Of a stretch of DNA of 64,000 bases, positions 28,253 through 37,976 are shown in pieces; positions within the stretch are counted from its first letter, which is position 1, and each line of letters opens with the position of its first letter. A program made the translations under genes and the position numbers. Source of the DNA: Minisyncoccota bacterium. GTDB lineage: Bacteria > Patescibacteriota > Minisyncoccia > Phycocordibacterales > UBA2100. The stretch covers positions 267,605 to 331,604 of the forward strand of contig DATJXE010000003.1 in assembly GCA_035500505.1 (NCBI GenBank). The letters are read 5' to 3'. The notes under the pieces are model-generated. The model worked only from the letters and a program-made list of their open reading frames with translations. It made no database searches and was not told where the DNA came from.

Positions 28253-29983
28253 ATGCCTGCCTCTGCAAAAGCACCGGTCGCACAAAAACCAGAGGTGCGC
28301 CAGGACGTTCCCGCGCGCGACATTGGGAACGAGAAGATCCCGTACGACGTGTTGAAACTCATCCCGCAGGAAAGCGCGGAGCACTACCAGCTCGTTCCGC
28401 TCGGTGTCGTCGAGGGAGTGCTCGAGATCGGCATGCTCGATCCGGAAGATATCGGTGCGTACGATGCCCTCAACTTCATCACCCGCTCGACCGGCATGCC
28501 GTTCAAGGTGTTCCGCATAACGAAGGACAACCTCGAACACGTCCTTGAGATGTACAAAGGCCTCGGCGGAGAGGTCGACCGTGCCGTCTCGGACCTCGAA
28601 ACGGAGCAAAAAACCGACGCACCGCCTTCGGACTCCGAAGCGACATTCCTCGACCTCGACGACCCTTCAATAGGGCGCGCAAAGCAGCAAGAAGACGATT
28701 CGCGCGCCATCCAGGAGGACGCGCCGACCATCAAGATCGCGTCGACCATCCTGCGTTTCGCGATAGACGGCCGCGCATCCGACATCCACATCGAGCCGCA
28801 GGCGAGCGGCGTGCGCGTGCGTTACCGCGTGGACGGCGAACTCCACACGAGCGTCATATTGCCGCTCTCGACGCACCGCGCGCTCACCGCACGCATCAAA
28901 GTGCTGGCTTCTATCCGTCTCGACGAGCGTCGCAAACCGCAAGACGGTCGCTTTTCCGCCTCGATCGACGGGCGCGGTATCGACTTCCGCGTTTCGACCT
29001 TTCCGTCGTACTACGGCGAGAAGATCGTGATACGTATCCTCGACCGCAAGCAGGGATTCATTCCGCTCGACAAGATCGGGCTCACGGAATCGAACATGGC
29101 CGTCATGCGCAAGGCGATCGCCGCACCGCACGGCCTCATCCTCGTGTCGGGCCCGACCGGTAGTGGAAAGTCGACGACGCTTTATTCCCTCCTTTCCGAG
29201 CTTGACCGCGAACACAAGAACGTCCTATCGCTCGAGGACCCGATCGAATATTTCATCGACGGCGTGACGCAGTCGCAAGTGCGTCCCGAGATAGGTTACT
29301 CGTTCGCCAACGGCTTGCGCACCACCTTGCGTCAGGACCCGGACATCATCATGGTCGGCGAGATCCGCGATGCGGAGACCGCGCAGCTCGCCATCCAAGC
29401 CGCACTCACGGGTCACCTGGTGCTCTCGACCATCCACACCAACGACGCCGTCGGCGTGGTCACGCGTCTCGTCGACATGGGCATCGAGCCATATCTCATT
29501 CCGCCTGTCCTGGTCGCCTCCATCGCGCAGCGCCTCGTGCGCACGTTCTCCGAGGGCGCCGAGAAGGAGGTGGAACTCTCGCCAAGCGAGATAGCGGCCA
29601 TCGAGGACGACCTGAAATTGCTGCCGGAAAAGTACCGCTTCCCGGTCCAGAAGAAAGCATGGGAGCCGCAAAAGACCGCTACATCCCCGACGGGGCTGCG
29701 CGGCCGTATGGCCGTTTTCGAGGTAATGGAAATGACGCCCGTCATCGAACGCATCGTTCTCGACCACCCGGTAGAGACCAAGCTTTGGGCGGCGGCGCGC
29801 GCGCAAGGAATGCTCACGATGCGCGAAGACGCTATCATGAAGGCGTTCGCGAAAAAGATCCCGTTCTCCGAGGTCAACAACCTCTCTACCATCATGCTTT
29901 CCGAGGACGAGGACCTCTCGGCGCTCGGGCCAAAGACCAAGGAACCGGAAAAAGAAGCCGCCACCGAACCAGAGAACGTATGA
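28253..29983 (+). CDS. pilB: type IV pilus assembly ATPase PilB/GspE
   Basis: ASDIHIEP, GPTGSGKST, LRQDPDIIMVGEIRD. Confidence 0.93.
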   Translation: MPASAKAPVAQKPEVRQDVPARDIGNEKIPYDVLKLIPQESAEHYQLVPLGVVEGVLEIGMLDPEDIGAYDALNFITRSTGMPFKVFRITKDNLEHVLEMYKGLGGEVDRAVSDLETEQKTDAPPSDSEATFLDLDDPSIGRAKQQEDDSRAIQEDAPTIKIASTILRFAIDGRASDIHIEPQASGVRVRYRVDGELHTSVILPLSTHRALTARIKVLASIRLDERRKPQDGRFSASIDGRGIDFRVSTFPSYYGEKIVIRILDRKQGFIPLDKIGLTESNMAVMRKAIAAPHGLILVSGPTGSGKSTTLYSLLSELDREHKNVLSLEDPIEYFIDGVTQSQVRPEIGYSFANGLRTTLRQDPDIIMVGEIRDAETAQLAIQAALTGHLVLSTIHTNDAVGVVTRLVDMGIEPYLIPPVLVASIAQRLVRTFSEGAEKEVELSPSEIAAIEDDLKLLPEKYRFPVQKKAWEPQKTATSPTGLRGRMAVFEVMEMTPVIERIVLDHPVETKLWAAARAQGMLTMREDAIMKAFAKKIPFSEVNNLSTIMLSEDEDLSALGPKTKEPEKEAATEPENV

Positions 29984-30375
29984 CCGACACCAAAGGCAAG
30001 ATACTGCTCCTCGACGACGACAAGTTCCTCGCCGACATGTACAGCATGAAATTTACGCAAAGCGGTTATGAGGTAGCGGCCTGTCTTTCCGCCGCCGATG
30101 CCGTCGCGGCCATCAAGAAAGGGTTCGACCCGGACGCCGTTCTCTTCGATCTCGTCATGCCGGGACAGGACGGCTTTACGTTCCTGCAAATGCTGGAGCG
30201 CGAGCAGCTGGCAAAGCGCGCGGTGAAGGTCGCGCTCACCAACCAGAGCGAGGACAGCGAGCGTGAGAAGGTCATGCAGCTCGGCGCCGACCGCTACATC
30301 GTGAAGGCGAGCATGATACCTTCGGAAGTCGTCAACGCCGTCAGCGAGGAGATCGGGAAGCGTAAGACGGCATAG
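29980..30375 (+). CDS. single-domain response regulator
   Basis: ILLLDDD, FDLVMPGQDG, LGADRYIVK. Confidence 0.88.
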   Translation: MTDTKGKILLLDDDKFLADMYSMKFTQSGYEVAACLSAADAVAAIKKGFDPDAVLFDLVMPGQDGFTFLQMLEREQLAKRAVKVALTNQSEDSEREKVMQLGADRYIVKASMIPSEVVNAVSEEIGKRKTA

Positions 30376-30381
30376 CGGCCC

Positions 30382-30493
30382 GCGCGTCCCGCAGCAGGGC
30401 ATTTGGCCGTCGGATAATTTTCTGCTGAAAATTTCCTCCCTCTCGCGCCGACGCGCTCCGAGAGACGGCCAAATGCCCTGCTGCGGGACGCGC
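30382..30493. repeat. perfect 30-bp inverted repeat element
   Basis: 30382-30411 is the exact reverse complement of 30464-30493. Confidence 0.9.
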
Positions 30494-30552
30494 TCGCGGT
30501 TTTGCACAATACGTCCCGAAATCCGCGCGAAGGTGCGATACAATACAGTGCA

Positions 30553-31617
30553 ATGACCGACCACGCCGCGAACCTCAAGAAATACATCACCGTCCTTGCG
30601 CACGAAGGAGGCTCCGACCTGCACTTCTCGGCTGGCGCGCACCCGACCATCCGCGTGTCCGGGCAGCTCTCCCCGATGCTCAAGGAGGACGTCCTCACCT
30701 CGGAGGACACGCTCGCGTTCGGGAAGCTTCTTATGCGGCCCGACCAGGAGAAGCGTTTTCTGGAGGAATTCGAGATGGATTTTGCATATGAAACTCCCGA
30801 GGGTTTCCGCTTCCGCGGCAACGCGTTCTTTGAGCGCGGCTCCGTTTCCATCGCATTGCGCCTCATTCCCAAGACGATCCGCTCCATAACGGAGTTGAAT
30901 CTGCCGGATGTCCTGACCTCCTTCGCGCGCAAGTCGCAAGGGTTCTTCCTCGTCGTGGGGCCGGTGGGACAGGGGAAAACGACGACACTCGCGGCCCTCA
31001 TCGATCTCGTCAACACCGAGCGCATGGAGCACATCGTCACCATCGAAGACCCGATCGAGTACATTTTTGAACCCAAACAATCGCTCATCGACCAACGCGA
31101 AGTGAAGATAGACACGAAGGATTTCGAAACGGCGCTCGTCTCCGCGTTCCGACAGGACATCGACGTCCTACTCGTGGGCGAGATGAGAGGCCACGAGACG
31201 ATGTCCGCTGCGGTGACCGCCGCCGAAACGGGGCACCTCGTTTTCTCGACCATGCATACCAACGACGCGGCGCAAACGGTAGACCGCATCATCGACACGT
31301 TCCCGGCGGGGCAGCAGGACCAGATACGCCTGCAGCTCGCGGCGTCGCTCGCGGGCATCTTTTCGCAGCGCCTCGTGCCGCGCATATCCGGCGGCCTCAT
31401 CCCGGCATGCGAGCTTCTCATCAACAACAAGGCGGTTGCCAACTTGATACGCGAAAAGCGCACGCATGAGATCCCGACCGTCATCGAGACCGGCTCGACC
31501 GAAGGCATGATCGACATGAACCGCTCGCTCGCGGAATTGGTCGGGCGCGGAGAGATCACCGTCGAATCCGCCTACCAATACTCATTGAACCCCAACGTGC
31601 TCCAGAAGCTCTTGTAA
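30553..31617 (+). CDS. pilT: pilus retraction ATPase PilT
   Basis: SDLH, GPVGQGKTTT, EDPIEY, AAETGHLVFSTMHT. Confidence 0.93.
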   Translation: MTDHAANLKKYITVLAHEGGSDLHFSAGAHPTIRVSGQLSPMLKEDVLTSEDTLAFGKLLMRPDQEKRFLEEFEMDFAYETPEGFRFRGNAFFERGSVSIALRLIPKTIRSITELNLPDVLTSFARKSQGFFLVVGPVGQGKTTTLAALIDLVNTERMEHIVTIEDPIEYIFEPKQSLIDQREVKIDTKDFETALVSAFRQDIDVLLVGEMRGHETMSAAVTAAETGHLVFSTMHTNDAAQTVDRIIDTFPAGQQDQIRLQLAASLAGIFSQRLVPRISGGLIPACELLINNKAVANLIREKRTHEIPTVIETGSTEGMIDMNRSLAELVGRGEITVESAYQYSLNPNVLQKLL

Positions 31618-31620
31618 GCT

Positions 31621-32832
31621 ATGGCAGTTTTTGAATACCAGGCGATCGACCAAGAGGGGAACTCGCGCGAAGGAACGATCGAGGCGGTGAACGTCGATCT
31701 CGCGATAAGTGCTCTCCAGCGTCGCGGCCTCGTCATTTCCTCCATCGACGCCGCCAGTACGAAGAAGGGCGGCCTTTCGATGGAGCTGCACCTGTTCGAA
31801 CGCGTCACCAACGAGGACGTGGTCATGCTCTCGCGCGAGATAACCTCGCTTTTCGAGGCGCAGGTCTCCGCCTTGCGTGCCTTCCGCCTTCTCGCGAGCG
31901 AGGCGCGCACGCAAAAGCTCGCCCAAAAACTCACCGAGATCGGCAATGACATCCAAGGCGGCGCGACCATCTCCGCCGCACTTTCCAAGCACCCCGACGT
32001 GTTCTCGCCCTTCTATATCAACATGGTGCGGGCGGCCGAAGAATCGGGGAAACTGGACGAGACATTTGCCTTTCTTGCGGACTACCTCGACCGCAACTAC
32101 GAAATAACCTCGAAGGTGCGCAACGCCCTCATTTATCCCGCGTTCATCATCGTTACGTTCATCGGCGTCATGACGCTCATGCTCACGGTCATCATCCCGA
32201 ACATTTCCGGCATGCTCGATCAGGTTGGGCAAAGCGTTCCGTTGTACACGCAGGTCATCATCGGCTTCAGTAATTTCCTCATCAAATACTGGCTATTCCT
32301 CGTCATCGCGCTCATCGGTGCGGGATTCTTCCTCTACCGGTACGGACAGACGGAAACGGGAGCGGAAACTCTTTCCCGCGCGAAAATGCAAGTGCCCGTC
32401 ATCGGTCAGGTCTTCAAAAAACTCTACCTTTCGCGCATCGCGGACAACTTGGCGACCATGCTCGGAAGCGGCGTGCAGATATTGCGCGCGCTCGAAATAA
32501 CAGGCTCCGTCGTGGGTGACCCGACCTACTCGAGGATACTTGCCAGATCCGCCGAGGACGTCAAAGGCGGACTCCCGGTCTCGGAGGCGCTCAGAAAATA
32601 CCCAGAAATGCCGGGCATCATGGTCGCGATGATGAAGATCGGCGAAGAGACCGGCAACATGGGCTCCATTCTGCAGACCATCGCCAAATTCTACCGCCGC
32701 GAGGTCAACAACTCCGTAGACACGCTCGTTTCCCTCATCGAGCCCCTGATGATAGTCGCACTCGCCGTCGGCGTCGGATTCTTGCTTGCGTCCGTCCTCA
32801 TCCCCATCTACAACCTCGCGTCGAGTTTCTGA
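31621..32832 (+). CDS. pilC: platform protein PilC/GspF
   Basis: two T2SSF domains, ALIYP, EETG, LIEP. Confidence 0.93.
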   Translation: MAVFEYQAIDQEGNSREGTIEAVNVDLAISALQRRGLVISSIDAASTKKGGLSMELHLFERVTNEDVVMLSREITSLFEAQVSALRAFRLLASEARTQKLAQKLTEIGNDIQGGATISAALSKHPDVFSPFYINMVRAAEESGKLDETFAFLADYLDRNYEITSKVRNALIYPAFIIVTFIGVMTLMLTVIIPNISGMLDQVGQSVPLYTQVIIGFSNFLIKYWLFLVIALIGAGFFLYRYGQTETGAETLSRAKMQVPVIGQVFKKLYLSRIADNLATMLGSGVQILRALEITGSVVGDPTYSRILARSAEDVKGGLPVSEALRKYPEMPGIMVAMMKIGEETGNMGSILQTIAKFYRREVNNSVDTLVSLIEPLMIVALAVGVGFLLASVLIPIYNLASSF

Positions 32833-32999
32833 CCCCGCGGCCACGCTTCAAAAGCCAACTTGGGAAAGCAAGGTTGAACCTTGCACGGTCGATATCCACA
32901 GGGTACGGCGCTTTGGTGCAACGTTCCTATATAATATCTTCATAAACCTGTAAACCAGGGGACTATTTATAAGCGTCATTACTAATCATTTATAAACAC

Positions 33000-33473
33000 A
33001 TGAAATCAATTCGTTCACGAGGTTTCACCCTCATCGAACTTCTGGTGGTCATCGCCATCATCGGTCTCTTGGCTTCGATCATCTTGGCCTCCCTCAACAC
33101 CGCGCGCCAAAAGGGCCGCGACTCGCGCCGCTTGGCCGACCTGAAGGAAATAGCCAATGCGCTGGAATTGGCGAACAACGGCACAGCCGTGGGAACAATG
33201 ACCTGTGCGGGAACGCTACCAGTAGCTGTCAGTACATGTTCGGCCCCAACCAGTTTGGCGTCCTACACTGACCCCTCAGTGGCAGCCGGGGCCGCCGCTT
33301 GTACCAAGACTGCTACTGGGCCTTGTAACTACGCTGTTTATTTGACCACGGATACTCAGCACTATGAGATTTGTGCGTACCTGGAGACTCAGAGCGGCCC
33401 TCTGACCACTGCTGGTGGTATGGTGAATATACAGGGCTCAAACTCAGGGAACATAACTGCGGGATGCCCATAA
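33000..33473 (+). CDS. type IV pilin (probable major pilin)
   Basis: G/FTLIELLVVIAIIG; own promoter and strong terminator. Confidence 0.92.
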   Translation: MKSIRSRGFTLIELLVVIAIIGLLASIILASLNTARQKGRDSRRLADLKEIANALELANNGTAVGTMTCAGTLPVAVSTCSAPTSLASYTDPSVAAGAAACTKTATGPCNYAVYLTTDTQHYEICAYLETQSGPLTTAGGMVNIQGSNSGNITAGCP

Positions 33474-33502
33474 TCAGGTTATTGAAGGAAGTTTATCTCT
33501 GA

Positions 33503-33539
33503 AGAAAAGCCCCGGTTTCTCGGGGTTTTTCTTTTTTTT
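33503..33539 (+). terminator. rho-independent terminator
   Basis: CCCCG..CGGGG stem followed by a long T run. Confidence 0.8.
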
Positions 33540-33605
33540 GTGTTATCAACAGAGCGGGGGCGTGACTGAAAAGCCTCGATTTTACAACGGTATAATACGG
33601 CTAAT

Positions 33606-34082
33606 ATGAGAGGAGGTGATTCAAATGGTTTTACCTTGATAGAACTTCTGGTGGTCGTCGCCATTATCGGCCTCTTGGCGTCCATCATCCTTGTGTCGCT
33701 CACGACCGCACGGGCAAAAGGCCGCGATGCGCGCCGCTTGGCAGATCTCAAGGAAATGGCCAATGCGATGGAGCTTGCAAGTGCTGGGACAAAACCGATT
33801 ACACTCACGGGATGCACCACCGCAGGATCGCTTGCGAGCGCTTGCGCGACCGCGTCGACTGGCCTTAACCTCTCTTCGTATGCCGATCCCTCGGGGGTTG
33901 CCACCGCGTGCGCAAGCAAGACCGGGACCGTAAATTGCAACTACACAATGGAGATCGCGAACGGAACGACCCAAAACTTCGAGATCTGCGTGTATCTTGA
34001 AACGCAGTCCGGACCGCTCACAACAGTGGGAGGCATGGTCAGCGTAAGCCAAACGGGGAACATCATCGCAGGTTGTCCGTGA
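33606..34082 (+). CDS. type IV pilin, paralog of 33000..33473
   Basis: GFTLIELL; shared EIC.YLETQSGPLTT.GGMV...GNI.AGCP. Confidence 0.92.
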   Translation: MRGGDSNGFTLIELLVVVAIIGLLASIILVSLTTARAKGRDARRLADLKEMANAMELASAGTKPITLTGCTTAGSLASACATASTGLNLSSYADPSGVATACASKTGTVNCNYTMEIANGTTQNFEICVYLETQSGPLTTVGGMVSVSQTGNIIAGCP

Positions 34083-34174
34083 TTCGCTAGGCAGAACGCA
34101 ACCGATTCAAGTTATCAACACCGCTGCTGTTCCATTGCGGTTCGTCCCGGTTTCGAGCGGTATAATGAACCGTC

Positions 34175-34690
34175 ATGAGCCGCTCAAAGGGTTTTACTTT
34201 GATTGAATTGTTGGTCGTTATCGCCATCATTGGTCTCTTGGCATCCATCATCCTGGCTTCTCTCAACACAGCGCGCCAAAAAGGCCGCGACGCAAGGCGT
34301 ATCGCGGATGTAAAGGAAATCCAGCTCGCTCTTGAACTCTACTATGACGCCAACACCACCTACCCGCCGGTCACTGTCACATTGAGCGGGACCCCGAGCG
34401 CCGCCAACATTCCTTCGCTTCTCGCCCCGACCTACATTTCCGTCATCCCGACAGATCCGAGCCAGCCCGCGAGCGGTAACTCTGCCTACTACTACCAATA
34501 TGAATCGCTCGCAACGGATGGCACGACCGCTTGCACTTCGGGCACGTGCCCAAACTATGTCGTCATTGCGCACCTTGAAGCCGGAGCGAATAGCTCGACG
34601 TGGTCCGGTAGTGGTACTGGGATAGCGGCTGGAATTTGCCCAGCGAGCGGCGGAAGTACGTCACCATACCCCTACTGCGTGCACAGCTAA
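34175..34690 (+). CDS. type IV pilin
   Basis: GFTLIELL..RDARRIAD..ALELYY. Confidence 0.92.
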   Translation: MSRSKGFTLIELLVVIAIIGLLASIILASLNTARQKGRDARRIADVKEIQLALELYYDANTTYPPVTVTLSGTPSAANIPSLLAPTYISVIPTDPSQPASGNSAYYYQYESLATDGTTACTSGTCPNYVVIAHLEAGANSSTWSGSGTGIAAGICPASGGSTSPYPYCVHS

Positions 34691-34705
34691 GGCACTCAGC
34701 ATCCT

Positions 34706-35284
34706 ATGAAAGCGCCCGCACGCTCTCAGGCAGCTGCGAAGGGCTTTACGCTCATTGAACTCCTGGTCGTCATCGCCATCATCGGCTTGCTGGCGTCCAT
34801 TATTTTGGCCTCTCTCGGCGGTGCGCGGCAAAAGGCGCGCGACGCGCGAAGGATTGCCGATATCCGGGAAATCCAGAACGCACTTGAACTGTATGTGGAG
34901 ACGTGCAAGCAATACCCGGAGCCCTCGCCGTTGGCAACGACTGACAGTAATGGGTGTTCGGGCGGAGTGAATTTGGGGACTTTCCTCCCGACCATCCCTA
35001 AGGATCCGAGCAGCTCAAGCACAAACTACCCATATACAGCCAATGGTTCCCTCGGCTCCTGCACCTCATACCACCTCGCCGCTATTCTTGAGGCGAAGCC
35101 TAGCAACGCTGCAGCAACATGCTTAGCTAATCGTGGTTACTGCACGGGCGGCAACTATGCCGGAGGGTACGGGAACGGAAGTGGGGATACACTTTCGTCG
35201 ACGGCCGGAGACTTTGATGAGTCTGGCACCAATTGTGGCGCAGTACTGACACACGGGAGCTACGTATACGACGTAGGACCGTAA
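34706..35284 (+). CDS. type IV pilin
   Basis: GFTLIELL..RDARRIAD..ALELY. Confidence 0.92.
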   Translation: MKAPARSQAAAKGFTLIELLVVIAIIGLLASIILASLGGARQKARDARRIADIREIQNALELYVETCKQYPEPSPLATTDSNGCSGGVNLGTFLPTIPKDPSSSSTNYPYTANGSLGSCTSYHLAAILEAKPSNAAATCLANRGYCTGGNYAGGYGNGSGDTLSSTAGDFDESGTNCGAVLTHGSYVYDVGP

Positions 35285-35305
35285 CGCACACGGTATACTT
35301 CCCAG

Positions 35306-36148
35306 ATGCTTCTCTACGCGCTCGTTTTTGGGGTCTTCGGCGCAATCATCGGGAGTTTTTTGAACGTTCTCATCTTGCGCCACGGAGTAAAGGCGCTCAC
35401 TGGAAGGAGCGCGTGCGCATCGTGCGGACACGAGCTCGGGGTCGTTGACCTCGTGCCTATTTTTTCGTGGATATTCTTGCGGGGACGATGCCGCTTTTGC
35501 GGAAGTCGCATTTCGATACAGTACCCGTTGGTCGAAGCGACGACGGCGCTTCTGTTCGCCTTCATCGGAGCCGCTCCTTTACCGCTTACGCTGCAAGTGC
35601 TCGCACTCCCGATACTCGCGCTCTTGGTCGCCATCTCGGTGTATGACATTCGTCATACGGTCATTCCCGATGCGTGGGCATATGCGTTCGCGGGCTTGGC
35701 GCTCGTCTTCTCCTTGGCGTACCTCACGTTCTTCGGGGAACTGTCCGAATTCACGCCGCTTTTCCTCGCGGGTCCCGTATCTGCGCTGCCGTTCTGGGCT
35801 CTGTGGTACGTGTCCGGCGGCCGCTGGATGGGGCTCGGCGATTCGAAGCTTGCGTGGGGGGTGGGCTGGCTTCTCGGCCCCGTGTACGGCTTCATGGCCA
35901 TCGTTCTGGCCTTCATTCTCGGCGCGCTCGTTTCGGTCTTCATTTTGCTGCCGCTCTCTTCGCCAAAAGTCACGTCGTTCCTCGCGCGCGTTACTCACAT
36001 GAAGGGCTCCGCGAGAGCGCAATGGGGGTTTACAATGAGGAGCGAGGTCGCATTCGGCCCCTTCCTGGCGGCTGCATGTATCGTCATATGGCTGATGCTT
36101 CTGTACGGTCACGATCCGCTCGCCTATACCGGGCTGGTTTCACTTTGA
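35306..36148 (+). CDS. pilD: prepilin peptidase
   Basis: GSFLNV, two CxxC pairs, MGLGDSKL, FGPFL. Confidence 0.93.
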   Translation: MLLYALVFGVFGAIIGSFLNVLILRHGVKALTGRSACASCGHELGVVDLVPIFSWIFLRGRCRFCGSRISIQYPLVEATTALLFAFIGAAPLPLTLQVLALPILALLVAISVYDIRHTVIPDAWAYAFAGLALVFSLAYLTFFGELSEFTPLFLAGPVSALPFWALWYVSGGRWMGLGDSKLAWGVGWLLGPVYGFMAIVLAFILGALVSVFILLPLSSPKVTSFLARVTHMKGSARAQWGFTMRSEVAFGPFLAAACIVIWLMLLYGHDPLAYTGLVSL

Positions 36149-36720
36149 TAGAACTGCTCGTCGTCTGCGCCATCATCGTCGTTATCACCGCCGTCATCTT
36201 GGTCGACAACAACAAATTCGGCGGCGCAATACTCCTTGAGAATCTCGCATACGACGTCGCACTCACGGTGCGGCAAGCCCAGGTCTATGGCATCGCGGTC
36301 GAACGTTTTGGTCAAAACACGAACGTCTTCAATGTCGGCTATGGCATGTATTTTTCGACGTCAGATCCAACGCACTATTATCTCTTTGCGGACAGTGAGG
36401 GTACCGGAATTTATGATTCAGGTGCTTCCCCGACCGAGGTTCAGCAGAAGACCACCATTCAGAATGGTTACGCCATCTCCAGCTTGTGCGCGGTATCGCA
36501 GTTCGGCGGGACGACCTGCACGCCCATGTCGGAAATAGACATACTCTTCCAACGTCCGGAACCCAACGCTTTCATCAGCGCTGCGGCAAGCGGGGCACCG
36601 CCCTCATGTGTGCAAAGCGCGGTCGCGTGCTATTACGAAGCGCAGATAACACTCCTCTCTCCCAAGGGAGATACAAGGACCGTTATCGTTGACGCGACCG
36701 GGCAGATATCGGTGAAATGA
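36088..36720 (+). CDS. minor pilin (FimU-like position)
   Basis: GFTLIELLVV; leader overlaps the pilD 3' end; start uncertain. Confidence 0.8.
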   Translation: MADASVRSRSARLYRAGFTLIELLVVCAIIVVITAVILVDNNKFGGAILLENLAYDVALTVRQAQVYGIAVERFGQNTNVFNVGYGMYFSTSDPTHYYLFADSEGTGIYDSGASPTEVQQKTTIQNGYAISSLCAVSQFGGTTCTPMSEIDILFQRPEPNAFISAAASGAPPSCVQSAVACYYEAQITLLSPKGDTRTVIVDATGQISVK

Positions 36721-37325
36721 CCATGGAAACAAGAAACAAAAAACAAGAAACAAAAAACAAGGGGTTCACCTTGATAGAAATGATGGTCTCGGTCGCGCTC
36801 TTCGCCATCGTGTTCCTCGTCGCGGGGGCGACGCTCCTTTCGCTCGTGTACGCCAACAGGAAGGCGCAAGCGCTTCAATCAGTCATGAACAACCTCAACG
36901 TCTCACTCGACCAGATGGTGCGCAGTATGCGCGAGGGCCAGAACTATCGCTGCGGTGGAGAGGCCGCATCGTACGGCGATTGCACGGGAGGCGGGGCGCT
37001 GCTCTACTTCACACCATTCGGTTCTTCTCCGGACGACCTTCCGGCGGACGACTGGGCCTACGTGTACGACAGCGGCGGGACGTATTGCGGGCAGGGGAGG
37101 TTATGCGAAAAAGAAAAAGGCGGACCGTGGATCCCCATCACGTCGCCCGAAGTGCAGATCCAGAGCATGGTGTTCTACGTCGTGGGAACGCAACCGGCTT
37201 CGAGCGGAGGAACACAGCAGCCGAAGGTCATCTTTACGATAAAGGGCCAAGCCGGTGCCCAAACGAGCACGAAAACGACCTTCGATATCCAGGCGACAGC
37301 GGTACAACGACTTCTCAACCTATGA
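36717..37325 (+). CDS. minor pilin
   Basis: GFTLIEMMVS. Confidence 0.88.
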   Translation: MTMETRNKKQETKNKGFTLIEMMVSVALFAIVFLVAGATLLSLVYANRKAQALQSVMNNLNVSLDQMVRSMREGQNYRCGGEAASYGDCTGGGALLYFTPFGSSPDDLPADDWAYVYDSGGTYCGQGRLCEKEKGGPWIPITSPEVQIQSMVFYVVGTQPASSGGTQQPKVIFTIKGQAGAQTSTKTTFDIQATAVQRLLNL

Positions 37326-37975
37326 GACAAGAAACGAGAAACAAGATGCAAGGTACAAAGCGGGGGTTCACGCTTATCGAAACCATGGTCGCGATCTCGA
37401 TCCTCATGCTCGCACTCATCGCGCCGATGTCGCTTGCGACGGAGTCGCTCACGGTCGCCTTTTATGCGCGCAACCAGATAACCGCCTTCTATCTTGCGCA
37501 GGAGGGAATAGAGATCGTGCGAAGCGTGCGTGACAGTAACATCATCACCGCCGCGAGCGGGCAGTCCGTCTCCAGCATTTTCGCGGGCATCCCCCAGGGG
37601 ACGACCGCTTCGGACGCGCCGCTTTTCACCGTCGACTCACTGCAGACGACTTCCAATGCCCTGGATGTGTGTGCTTCTTCGGGCCCAACACAGGTGTGTC
37701 CGCCACTACAAACGGACGGTTCGGTCTATGGGTATCCGTCCGCGTGCTACAGCGCGCACGTATCGAACGGCACGTGGCAGACCTCGGATTGTGCCGGGAC
37801 CGACCAGAACTGGAAGAACTCTACGTTCACGCGCTCGATCAAGGCGTACCCCGTCAATGGCAGCCCCCACGAACTCCGCGTTTCGGTGACCGTGACCTGG
37901 CAACAAGGGTCTTTCTCGACGCGCAGCGTCATCATCAACGAAGACCTCTACAAGTGGGTCAACATCGGCTCTTGA
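37322..37975 (+). CDS. minor pilin (PilV-like)
   Basis: GFTLIETMVA..AFYLAQEGIE. Confidence 0.85.
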   Translation: MRQETRNKMQGTKRGFTLIETMVAISILMLALIAPMSLATESLTVAFYARNQITAFYLAQEGIEIVRSVRDSNIITAASGQSVSSIFAGIPQGTTASDAPLFTVDSLQTTSNALDVCASSGPTQVCPPLQTDGSVYGYPSACYSAHVSNGTWQTSDCAGTDQNWKNSTFTRSIKAYPVNGSPHELRVSVTVTWQQGSFSTRSVIINEDLYKWVNIGS

Positions 37976-37976
37976 T

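Noticed and set aside
33000-34082. Diversity-generating retroelement TR/VR pair in pilins 1 and 2
   Set aside because: Differences are not adenine-specific and no reverse transcriptase is present.
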